A program made the translations under genes and the position numbers. A stretch of 64,000 bases of DNA from the NCBI GenBank assembly GCA_018266875.1, contig JAFDZR010000018.1, positions 17,916 to 81,915 on the forward strand, written 5' to 3'. This DNA comes from Bacteroidota bacterium (GTDB taxonomy: Bacteria > Bacteroidota > Ignavibacteria > Tepidaquicellales > Tepidaquicellaceae). The stretch's first letter is position 1. Each line of letters opens with the position of its first letter. Positions 1-8,482 of this stretch are shown here, in pieces. The notes beneath the pieces were generated by a model that did not search any database, was not told where the DNA came from, and was given only the letters and a program-made list of their open reading frames with translations.

Positions 1-987
1 CTTTGCAGGATTTATTACCCAGCCGATCAGGATTCCGGCATAGCTTTTTGTAACCGGAAAAATGCTGAACAGCACGGGCAGACTAAGATAAAGAGCCAGA
101 AGTATTACAAAGAACCTTAAAAATTTTAAAGCAATCTGAACTACCTTCATTGACTGTTCCTGATTCAGCAGTTTAAAATCCTTGATAGAAATGCCGGTCA
201 GATATTTGTCCTTTCTTGCAATAATATACTCCGTTATTCTATTGAAAAGAACAAAAATACCTTTTACGAGAACGTAAAGACCAATAAGAGTCAACAGCGC
301 AAGACCGAATCTTTTTAATCTGTTAACAAAACTGTTGTCTTCCCTCACTTTTACAACCGCATCTTTTATCTTATTCACATATTCTTTTGAAAGCTCATCC
401 CTTGTTTTATTCAGCCATAAAGCATCCATATCCGTTACGCTCATCAGAATTATGCCTGAATAAAAAATATCATCCGTGGTCTCGCTTTTATCAATTCTCA
501 GAGAATCAGGATAAAAAAAGTCATTATCGTACAATTGCTTTAACCTGTTGTTGATTGTAGCTGCCCTGTCGTGAGGTTCAAATGATCCGAGCTTTGTATA
601 AATTTCCATGAGCGTGTCTCTCATCAGCACTACGGGAAATCCACGTGCTTTCTCCTTTAGCTTTTGTATCTTTAAAAGCTGTGCGGCTTTTTTTATCGAA
701 TCAGCTGATTCTATTTCACGGAGTTTTTGTTCCAGCTCAGCCTTCTTTTGTGAATCTTCTGAATATTCAGCCATCTTCTCCTGAATACCAGCCTTGATTA
801 TTGAATCCTGTTTGTTCTGTTCCTGCTGCTTAAGAATTTCCTGTTCGGTTTCCTTCAGAGAATCAACTCTTGAATCCCTGTTCTTCAGTGAATCCGATAT
901 ACGTTTGCTTGTATCTTTTCCCTGTGATAATACGCTCCCGCAGATGATCAACAGTATCAGTACAAATCCTATCTTGACTTTTCCCAT
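1..987 (-). CDS. Membrane protein, N-terminal 329 codons (gene runs past the window start); possibly an MscS-family mechanosensitive channel
   Basis: Not in the ORF track because its stop lies outside the window. I checked every triplet from position 1 to 987 on the plus strand and found no TTA/CTA/TCA, so the minus-strand frame has no stop. ATG is at 985-987 with an in-frame stop just upstream (988-990). Translation starts MGKVKIGFVLILLIICGSVLSQ (signal-like), then a charged coiled-coil segment, then TM helices (FGLALLTLIGLYVLVKGIFVLF; VVQIALKFLRFFVILLALYLSLPVLFSIF). This architecture resembles the N-terminal part of large MscS-like channels, but the diagnostic C-terminal domain is off-window. 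Confidence 0.6.
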   Translation of the reverse strand, partial: MGKVKIGFVLILLIICGSVLSQGKDTSKRISDSLKNRDSRVDSLKETEQEILKQQEQNKQDSIIKAGIQEKMAEYSEDSQKKAELEQKLREIESADSIKKAAQLLKIQKLKEKARGFPVVLMRDTLMEIYTKLGSFEPHDRAATINNRLKQLYDNDFFYPDSLRIDKSETTDDIFYSGIILMSVTDMDALWLNKTRDELSKEYVNKIKDAVVKVREDNSFVNRLKRFGLALLTLIGLYVLVKGIFVLFNRITEYIIARKDKYLTGISIKDFKLLNQEQSMKVVQIALKFLRFFVILLALYLSLPVLFSIFPVTKSYAGILIGWVINPAK

Positions 988-1054
988 CTATTATTTAATA
1001 ACTGGTTTTGGTTTAAAGTATATTTTTCCGAAAATCTTTTTGCTTTTAAAATTA

Positions 1055-1270
1055 TTAAGAACAGCATTTTCCGCTTCTCTGTACAGGCGGACATTTTACG
1101 TCACCGTAGCTGCAGAATACACAGCAGTCTCCGGGTTTTGGCTGAAGCAATTTCCCGCATCCGGCGCAATCGTAGAACCAGGCGCATGAATTTTCATTCA
1201 TTACCTCTTCTTTTTCAAAACCGCATTCAGGACATTTTATTGTTGAATTTAATATTATATCTGAAATCAT
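1055..1270 (-). CDS. Small Cys-rich metal-binding protein with a GDCCVxC motif
   Basis: 71-aa ORF with zinc-ribbon-like CPECG...CAGCG followed by PGDCCVFCSYGDVKCPP. This matches my memory of the GDCCVxC domain (seleno)protein family, here in the all-Cys form. It lies 20 bp downstream of uvrC on the same strand. Confidence 0.6.
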   Translation of the reverse strand: MISDIILNSTIKCPECGFEKEEVMNENSCAWFYDCAGCGKLLQPKPGDCCVFCSYGDVKCPPVQRSGKCCS

Positions 1271-1290
1271 ATAATGTATTTATTTAACCC

Positions 1291-3255
1291 TCAGGATTCT
1301 GAGAAATGTTTTCTGAGTTTTTCAGACAGTTTCTTTCCGGCTTCCTTTTCAAACTGTTCAAAATTTTCCGAAATCATATTTTTAATATTCTCAACCGATC
1401 CGAATTTTGTGAGAAGTTTAGTGACTGTCTTTTCCCCTATCCCGTCTATCTCAGACAGTTCGGAGCTCAGTGTCCGTCTGTCCCTCAGACTCTTGTGATA
1501 TGTAACCGCAAATCTGTGGGCTTCATCCCTTATCCTCTGTAAAAGTCTGAGCCCGCTAGAGGTTTTCGGAATGTTGTAAGGCATTGACTCGCCGGGCAGA
1601 TATACTTCCTCAAGACGTTTTGCAAGTCCGATTATATTCTGTTCCTTTATTCCGAGATCATTAAGAACCTTAACCGCTGAAGATAACTGACCTTTCCCGC
1701 CGTCTATTATTATGAGATCGGGAACAGCATTGAAACTGAGATCTTCTTTTTTATTCGCGGACACGGAAGAATTTTCTCCCGGTTCAGATGATCTGACTTC
1801 CGGATTACCGTGTAACTGAATATCTGTAATTCGTTTAAACCTTCTGTATATTACCTCACGCATGGAAAGAAAATCATCCGGATTGCCCGCCTCGTCAGTA
1901 ACATAATTCAGCTTGAACTTTCTGTAATCTGATTTTTTCGGACGGCCTTCTGAAAATACCACCATGGAAGCCACTGTATCCGTTCCCTGTATATGTGAAA
2001 TATCATAACACTCAATTCTTCTGGGCAGCTTTGAAAGTTTAAGATCTCTCTGAAGCGAGTCCAGTGAAGGCGGAATAAATTCTCTTTTCAGTTTTGAAAG
2101 TATTAGTTCATCAAGCATCAGCCTTGCATTCTTCCTGACCATGAATATAAGTTTGTATTTATCGCCTATCTTCGGGATCACGAATTCAACTTTTCCGGAT
2201 TTCTTTTTTTCCAGCCAGTCCTTTATTGTGCTTTCATTTTCAATCTCATTCATCAGATAAACCTCGTCAGGGATGAACTCTGATTTAGTATAGTAATTTA
2301 TTATCAGCTGCTCCAGTATTTCCGATGCTGATTTATCCTCAACATTCGTCAGGAAATAATGGGATCTTCCCGCGACTTTCCCGTCACGGATCTTCATTAT
2401 CATTCCGCAGCTGTCATTACCCGTTCTCTCAAATACAAATATATCCCTGTCTATTATTTCATCATCCACTATCTTTTGCCTGGATGAGTATATTTCAATA
2501 GCAGAAATTTTATCCCTTAAGACTTTTGCTTTTTCAAACTCCATCCCTGCGGAATGTTCATTCATCTGCGCAGTCAGTTCCTTCACAAGTGTTTTCGTTT
2601 TCCCGTTTAACAGTTTTGAAACCTGGTCAATTGTCTCATTATACTGCTGTCTGCTAATGTAACCGACGCAGGGACCTTCGCATTTGTGAATGTGATAGTC
2701 CAGACACAGACTGAATTTATTGTTAGCGATTGATTCCTCAGTGAGATTGAGACTGCATGATCTTATCATGAATATATTGCGAACTGTTTTGAGCGCGAAT
2801 CTCATGTTCTTAACATCTGTATAAGGACCGAAATATTTCGAACCGTCTGATCTTTTTTTTCTGGTGGGAAAAACCCTCGGAAACGGTTCGTTGGTTATTA
2901 CAATGTAAGGATAAGATTTATCATCCTTGAAATTAATATTGTATCTCGGCTTATAGGTTCTTATCAGATTCTGTTCGAGTATCAGCGCTTCCACTTCGTT
3001 ATCAGTAGTGATCAGCTCAATGTCACTTATCTTTTTTATCATCGCGCTTACCATCGGAGATACGGGCTTTGACTGAAAATACTGCCTCACCCTGTTCCTG
3101 AGTACCGCCGCTTTTCCGATATAAAGAAGTCTTCCGTTTGAATCCCTGAACTGGTATATCCCCGGAGAAACCGGAAGGTTTTTTAATTTTTCCTTAAGCG
3201 TGGGAGCAATTTCCCTTTCACGGGAAAATTCTATTTTGTCTCTGTTATCATCCAT
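1291..3255 (-). CDS. uvrC: Excinuclease ABC subunit C (UvrC)
   Basis: 654 aa. N-terminal GIY-YIG motif (GIYQFRDSNGRLLYIGKA...NRVRQY), UvrC central region, C-terminal helix-hairpin-helix (IDGIGEKTVTKLL). Confidence 0.95.
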   Translation of the reverse strand: MDDNRDKIEFSREREIAPTLKEKLKNLPVSPGIYQFRDSNGRLLYIGKAAVLRNRVRQYFQSKPVSPMVSAMIKKISDIELITTDNEVEALILEQNLIRTYKPRYNINFKDDKSYPYIVITNEPFPRVFPTRKKRSDGSKYFGPYTDVKNMRFALKTVRNIFMIRSCSLNLTEESIANNKFSLCLDYHIHKCEGPCVGYISRQQYNETIDQVSKLLNGKTKTLVKELTAQMNEHSAGMEFEKAKVLRDKISAIEIYSSRQKIVDDEIIDRDIFVFERTGNDSCGMIMKIRDGKVAGRSHYFLTNVEDKSASEILEQLIINYYTKSEFIPDEVYLMNEIENESTIKDWLEKKKSGKVEFVIPKIGDKYKLIFMVRKNARLMLDELILSKLKREFIPPSLDSLQRDLKLSKLPRRIECYDISHIQGTDTVASMVVFSEGRPKKSDYRKFKLNYVTDEAGNPDDFLSMREVIYRRFKRITDIQLHGNPEVRSSEPGENSSVSANKKEDLSFNAVPDLIIIDGGKGQLSSAVKVLNDLGIKEQNIIGLAKRLEEVYLPGESMPYNIPKTSSGLRLLQRIRDEAHRFAVTYHKSLRDRRTLSSELSEIDGIGEKTVTKLLTKFGSVENIKNMISENFEQFEKEAGKKLSEKLRKHFSES

Positions 3256-3281
3256 GACTGCTGAAATTTTAAAGCGACCGG

Positions 3282-3680
3282 TTATTTCTTCTTCTGTGTA
3301 AATTCTATCAGAATGCTGTTTGTTGATTTCGGATGAAGGAAAGCAATAAGCATGTCATCGGCTCCGGTTCTCGGAGTTTCGTTTATAAGTTTAATTCCTT
3401 CCTCTTTCAGTTCGATGAGAGAACCGGCAATATCGCTGACTTCAAATGAAACATGATGTATGCCTTCTCCTTTTTTCTCAATGTATTTTGAAATGGGGGA
3501 TTCAGGATCAGTGCCTTCGAGCAGTTCAAGATCACAGTTTTCAAGATGCAGTTTCCTTACATTCACTTTCTGTTCATCTACATATTCTTTTTCTGTGGCT
3601 TTTACTTTAAAGATCTTTTCAAATATTTTTACGGAATCGTCAAGGGATTTTACAGCGATTCCAAGATGCGCTAGTTTCAT
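3282..3680 (-). CDS. mce: Methylmalonyl-CoA epimerase (VOC/glyoxalase fold)
   Basis: 132 aa. MKLAHLGIAVKSLD start, GIHHVSFEV and LIEF metal-ligand segments typical of the epimerase subgroup of VOC proteins. Confidence 0.8.
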   Translation of the reverse strand: MKLAHLGIAVKSLDDSVKIFEKIFKVKATEKEYVDEQKVNVRKLHLENCDLELLEGTDPESPISKYIEKKGEGIHHVSFEVSDIAGSLIELKEEGIKLINETPRTGADDMLIAFLHPKSTNSILIEFTQKKK

Positions 3681-3702
3681 TTTCTTTTTTTAAATTGGGT
3701 TT

Positions 3703-4809
3703 TTAGAGATACTGGTCCATTCCTTTTCTCCTCAGATAATCAACAATTTCCTTTACTCTCTGAGCCTCGCCTCTTTTGCATATAAGAAGTCCGTTTTCAG
3801 TGTTTATAATAAGAAGATCCTCTACGCCGACTGTGGCAACAATTTTCTGATCATTCAGAATCAGACAGTTCTTTGTGTCCTGCGTAACAGTCATTCCCTT
3901 TCTTACGTTTCCGTCCTGATCCTTTTCCTTTATATTATATACTTCGTCCCATGCGCCTACATCGTTCCAGCCGAAATGACTTCTGATTATAAATACGTTT
4001 GAGGATTTTTCCATTACTCCGTAGTCAATTGAAATGCTTTTTAATTTTGTAAATTCATCTTCGAGGATTTTTGGGAAATTCGTTGCTAAAATATTGTCCG
4101 ATAGCCTGTTAAGAGATTCAAAAAGATCAGGCATGTAGTTTCTGATCTCCTCCATCATTGTGTCCGTCCTGAAAATGAACATGCCGCTGTTCCAGAGAAA
4201 ATCACCGCTGTCCAGAAACGCTTTGGCCACTTCAAGATTTGGTTTCTCGGCAAAGGTTTTTACTTTGTAAATTCTTTCTGTGGATACAGCGCTTTTCTCT
4301 TCCGTTTCTATATCCGCAAAAAAATCAGAGTCATACTGAATGTATCCGTAACCTGTCTCCGGCTTTGTTGGGTGAATGCCAAGTGTGACAATTCCTCCGT
4401 TGTCATTTACAAACTGAAGTCCGCTTTTTATAACTCTGTGAAATTCATCGTTGTCTCCGATGAGATGGTCGGCTGCAACTACAAGTACGTTTGCCCTGGA
4501 CTGAAACCTGTTTATAAAAACGCAAGAAAGACCTATGCAGGGAGCCGTATTCCTGCCGACCGGTTCGCAAATTATATTCTCGTCGGGAATTTTCGGAAGC
4601 TGACGCTTCACTTCCTGCTTGTAGATTATGTTTGTTACCACAAAAATGTTTGTGTTCCTGAATACTCCGTCAAGTCTTTTGTATGCAAGCTGAAGAAGCG
4701 TATCATCGTCATCGGTTATTTTAAGGAATTGTTTCGGAAATTTGTAATTACCCTTTGGCCAGAATCTTGTCCCGACTCCTCCCGCCATTATCACCGCATA
4801 ATTTATCAT
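3703..4809 (-). CDS. Mannose-1-phosphate guanylyltransferase (nucleotidyltransferase family)
   Basis: 368 aa. N-terminal AVIMAGGVGTRFWP sugar-nucleotidyltransferase motif, with the length and C-terminal region typical of ManC-type enzymes lacking the isomerase domain. Confidence 0.85.
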   Translation of the reverse strand: MINYAVIMAGGVGTRFWPKGNYKFPKQFLKITDDDDTLLQLAYKRLDGVFRNTNIFVVTNIIYKQEVKRQLPKIPDENIICEPVGRNTAPCIGLSCVFINRFQSRANVLVVAADHLIGDNDEFHRVIKSGLQFVNDNGGIVTLGIHPTKPETGYGYIQYDSDFFADIETEEKSAVSTERIYKVKTFAEKPNLEVAKAFLDSGDFLWNSGMFIFRTDTMMEEIRNYMPDLFESLNRLSDNILATNFPKILEDEFTKLKSISIDYGVMEKSSNVFIIRSHFGWNDVGAWDEVYNIKEKDQDGNVRKGMTVTQDTKNCLILNDQKIVATVGVEDLLIINTENGLLICKRGEAQRVKEIVDYLRRKGMDQYL

Positions 4810-4814
4810 AAGGT

Positions 4815-6899
4815 TTAACTTTTATTTTTTTTGAATTGGTTAAATATTTTTACCGGATCGTTCAGATAAGAAATGAATACGTCCTGATCCTCTACTTCTT
4901 TGTCTATTATTATCGCTTTCATGTTGTAAATGAAAAAACTGAATATCTCCCTTATGTCATCCGTGACAGGATTTATCCTGTAGCTCTGCAGGAACTTGAG
5001 GAAAATATAACCTGCTTCCGCAAGCTGTACCATTTTCTTTAAGCCGAGCTCCTTTGCCAGGAGAACCGCTTCCTTCAGATTTGTAAGGTTTGAAGAAAGA
5101 CTCCTCAGCGCTTCATATATCTGGAATTCTCCTTCTATGTTATAAAGATCTTTAAAATTCTGATCCGTATCCCTTATCAGCTTTTTAAGTCTGCTGACTT
5201 TTTCTTTCTGCATCTCTTCGGGGAATTTCTCATCCAGTCTCGTTGCGATCTGCTTCTTTTCTTCCTTTTGCTTTCTGTATTCTTCTCTTTTCTTATTCTC
5301 TTCTATCAGCCCTGTTCTTATGTTCTCAATTGATTTCAGGATATTCTTGTAACCGAAGTAATCATCTCCCTTTATAAGATTTGAAACAAGTGTGAGCCCG
5401 TGCTTGAACAGATTCAGCGTGCTTTCGGTTATGTCGTATTTGCCTCTTGAAATTTTCTCAAATGAAAGTCTTATCGCCTGATAAATATTTGAAATTATCT
5501 CAAGTGACATTTCCTTCGATTCCGATTCGAGATTTTCGCTTATCTCCCTGATGTTGTTGATGATGCTGCCTCTCTCTTCTTCGTTGTCTATTTTTGCCGA
5601 GACAATGTATATAAGACTGTCAAATTCAGAATTCAGCTTGCCGTTAAGTGACTTTATCTGATTTTCAAAATTCAGGAACTCTTCATTTGCAGTAAGATCT
5701 TCACCCGGAACTTCTTCCTGATCAGAAACTTTTTTTTCTGTTTTCTTAAACTCTATGCTGCTGAAGAGAAGCTTTTCCTTGAGTTCCTTTTCGTAATTGT
5801 TGAGCTCTTCCTGAATTTCACTGTCAAGCCTGGCTTTTTCATCACTGATAACATCCTCTTTTCCATGAATATCAGTTTGAGCGCTTTCAGGATTTTCTTC
5901 ATGCATTTCTTCCTCCGGAGAAATGTTCTGCCGCGTCAGTCTTTCCTCGCCGGCAATTTCTGACTGAGATTTCCCGGATCCGTTTTCCTCTGTGTTCTCT
6001 TCCTTTTCTGATTCTGAAGAATCGTCAATCCCGGCTGTGCCTGTAGGAATGATCTTCTTTATTACAAAATATTCTTCAGTCTCATCATAATTAAGTTCCG
6101 GACCTTTATTTCCTTTTACGGTATCTGTTCCTGTATCCTGAGCTTCTGTTGTTTTTTCTTCCTGCTCCCTGATATCTTCCGTATCCGTTTTATCTTCATA
6201 AGGGATTTCTGTCTGAATATTTCCGGATATCCCGACTCCTGAATTTAATTCAGTATCCGGCAGATCATTTTCAGGGTCTTCATATTTCTCTCCGGAAGTA
6301 ACTTCGGATGTATCCACGCTGTTCAATTCACCCGTCACATAGGAAATATCCTCAATGCCCGGAAGCTCAAACGCCGCATTTTCAGATTCCTCTTCAGACT
6401 TGATCAGCTCCATGTAATTTTTTTTGAAGATCATCATCTCTTCATCTTCGTCGTCTGCTCCCGATAATTCCGGTCTGTCTTTTTCCGAAAGTTCGCTTTC
6501 TATATCGAGAATTTCATCTTCGTGAATTGAGTCATCATCCAGATTTTCCAGATCGAATTTTATTTCAGGTGATTTTTCTTCAGACACGGAAAAAATTTTC
6601 AGGATCTCGCTTTTCAGAAATCCTGTGTCCTGTTTTGCATTCTGCGTTAGATTGTCAAATCTGATGATGTTGTCTTCAAGCTTTTTGAGTACGTAAATGA
6701 GATACTTCCCCGTATTGCCGAATTCCTTGATGTGATGTAATATATAGAGATCCCTGAGAAGGTTATCCGACTTCAGAAGTTTGCTGAAAATATCATTGAG
6801 CATCCTGAGCTGATCTTCGCTGAGATTGTATTTGGCAAGATCGCTGACAGTGCTCCTGAAAATGTAATTTAAATAATCTGTCTTTCTTCTTTCCGGCAT
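4815..6899 (-). CDS. Hypothetical protein with a long acidic low-complexity core
   Basis: 694-aa ORF packed tightly between the alr and manC-like genes (5-bp gaps on both sides). It has structured N- and C-terminal helical parts and a roughly 300-aa D/E/S/T-rich middle. No family recognised. Confidence 0.7.
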   Translation of the reverse strand: MPERRKTDYLNYIFRSTVSDLAKYNLSEDQLRMLNDIFSKLLKSDNLLRDLYILHHIKEFGNTGKYLIYVLKKLEDNIIRFDNLTQNAKQDTGFLKSEILKIFSVSEEKSPEIKFDLENLDDDSIHEDEILDIESELSEKDRPELSGADDEDEEMMIFKKNYMELIKSEEESENAAFELPGIEDISYVTGELNSVDTSEVTSGEKYEDPENDLPDTELNSGVGISGNIQTEIPYEDKTDTEDIREQEEKTTEAQDTGTDTVKGNKGPELNYDETEEYFVIKKIIPTGTAGIDDSSESEKEENTEENGSGKSQSEIAGEERLTRQNISPEEEMHEENPESAQTDIHGKEDVISDEKARLDSEIQEELNNYEKELKEKLLFSSIEFKKTEKKVSDQEEVPGEDLTANEEFLNFENQIKSLNGKLNSEFDSLIYIVSAKIDNEEERGSIINNIREISENLESESKEMSLEIISNIYQAIRLSFEKISRGKYDITESTLNLFKHGLTLVSNLIKGDDYFGYKNILKSIENIRTGLIEENKKREEYRKQKEEKKQIATRLDEKFPEEMQKEKVSRLKKLIRDTDQNFKDLYNIEGEFQIYEALRSLSSNLTNLKEAVLLAKELGLKKMVQLAEAGYIFLKFLQSYRINPVTDDIREIFSFFIYNMKAIIIDKEVEDQDVFISYLNDPVKIFNQFKKNKS

Positions 6900-6904
6900 A
6901 TTTT

Positions 6905-8062
6905 TTAAATATAGAACCGTTTAACTCTTGATGAAATATTACAGGTTATTTCGTATGAAATTGTGTCCGTTAATTCCGCAAGTTTGTATGCGGGATAATT
7001 TCTTCCGAACAGCTCTACGCTGTCATTTACTTTAATATTATCCTTAAGTCCGATATCCGCCATTATCCAGTCCATGCATACTGTTCCGGCTGTAGGATAA
7101 AGCTTTCCGTTTACATAGATCTTTGACCTGTTGCTCAGCGCTCTTGAATATCCGTCTCCGTAACCAACCGGAATTGAGGCTATTCGGGTTCTCTTTTCCG
7201 TATAATATGTCCTGCCGTATGAAATGCTTTGGCCTTTATCAAGTAACTTTATGAACTTTATCTTCGACCTTAACGTCATCACCGGTTCTATTCCTATCCT
7301 CTGCCTTACCCGCTTCTCGTCGGGATAAAATCCGTAAAGAGATATCCCCGGTCTTGCCATATTAAAATATCCGTCATTGAAATTCAGAATTCCGCCAGTA
7401 TTGCTGATGTGCCTCAGCTCAAACTTTATCAGATTATTCTCGATATTTTTTGTCACATCCTTAAAATCCTTCAGCTGTTTTTTTGAATATGCATTGCCGG
7501 GAATTTCACTCATTGCAAAATGAGAATAAATTCCTTTTATTTTCAAACCCTTCATTGAAGAAATTTTTCTGACGCCTTCATATACATCGCTGAGATGAAA
7601 ACCTGTTCTGTTTATTCCGGAGTCCGCCTGAATATGTACTGTTAATTTTTTATTGAGCTTTTCCGCTGTCCTGTTTAAAAGTTCGGCGGAGTTTATGCCG
7701 GCAATGGAAAATTCCACATTCTTTCCGGCTAATTTTTCCAGCAGTTTTGTTTTCTCTGTTACAAGTCCGAGACACAGTACGGGAATATTGTTGAGTTTTC
7801 TGGAATCAAGATAATTTCTAAGCTCTGCGGTCTCTGTGTAATCGGCTGTTCCGAGATAATCCGTTCCGCATCGTGCCAGCTCTTCCGCCACTATATTCAT
7901 TCCGTGCCCGTAAGCGTTTGCCTTTACAATCGAACAAATCCTGATTTTCTTATTTGAGATACGGGCATGTTTTCTGACTTTTAAAAAATTTTTCCTTAAA
8001 ATTTTAAGATCAATTTCCGCAAATGTATCGCTGAAATTTTTTTCAACGGTCTTTAAATTCAT
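6905..8062 (-). CDS. alr: Alanine racemase
   Basis: 385 aa. PLP-lysine motif VKANAYGHG, C-terminal beta-domain, conserved YGDGY-like segment (VGYGDGYSR). Confidence 0.93.
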   Translation of the reverse strand: MNLKTVEKNFSDTFAEIDLKILRKNFLKVRKHARISNKKIRICSIVKANAYGHGMNIVAEELARCGTDYLGTADYTETAELRNYLDSRKLNNIPVLCLGLVTEKTKLLEKLAGKNVEFSIAGINSAELLNRTAEKLNKKLTVHIQADSGINRTGFHLSDVYEGVRKISSMKGLKIKGIYSHFAMSEIPGNAYSKKQLKDFKDVTKNIENNLIKFELRHISNTGGILNFNDGYFNMARPGISLYGFYPDEKRVRQRIGIEPVMTLRSKIKFIKLLDKGQSISYGRTYYTEKRTRIASIPVGYGDGYSRALSNRSKIYVNGKLYPTAGTVCMDWIMADIGLKDNIKVNDSVELFGRNYPAYKLAELTDTISYEITCNISSRVKRFYI

Positions 8063-8482
8063 CTATTAATGTAAAAAATCTATTCGCCAAAAAGAATTTA
8101 TTTATTTGTCTATTAAACCCTCAGACAAATATTTTATAAATTTTTATAAAATATTTTCAAATCAAACTTGAAAATAATATTGAGTTTGTTTAATATTAAT
8201 AAAGGAATACAGAACTAAAATCTCTGTTAATACATTGTTAACAACTTTTTTAAAGAGTTTTTGAGGAGTTTGCTGGCAGGCAGCTTTAACCACTTACTAA
8301 CACCAAATGTTAATAAGTTTCCTCCGAACAGTTAACCATTATATAAATAAAGGCTTTAATTACAGCCGTCTTTATTAAAAACAGTGTTGATATTCTGTTT
8401 TTTCCCGCTCCTAAATATTGTTCTACATAAAGTAAAATATTAATTAACTTTGATTTGTTAATAATTTTTAATAATCTTAAGC
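8063..8482. other. Candidate oriC (AT-rich spacer upstream of dnaA with degenerate DnaA-box-like 9-mers)
   Basis: 420-bp non-coding spacer between divergent alr (-) and dnaA (+). It has a very AT-rich stretch at about 8090-8220. TGTTAATAA occurs at 8308-8316 and 8456-8464, TGTTGATAT at 8385-8393, TGTTAATAC at 8225-8233 and TGTTAACAA at 8236-8244. TGTTAATAA and TGTTGATAT match the TGTGGATAA consensus at 7/9; TGTTAATAC and TGTTAACAA at 6/9. All genes to the left are on the minus strand. Confidence 0.5.

Noticed and set aside
794-1189. 131-aa plus-strand ORF
   Set aside because: It lies antisense to two better-supported minus-strand genes (the 1-987 membrane protein and the GDCCVxC ORF). Its sequence is Cys/Ser/Leu/Phe-rich, as is typical of shadow frames.
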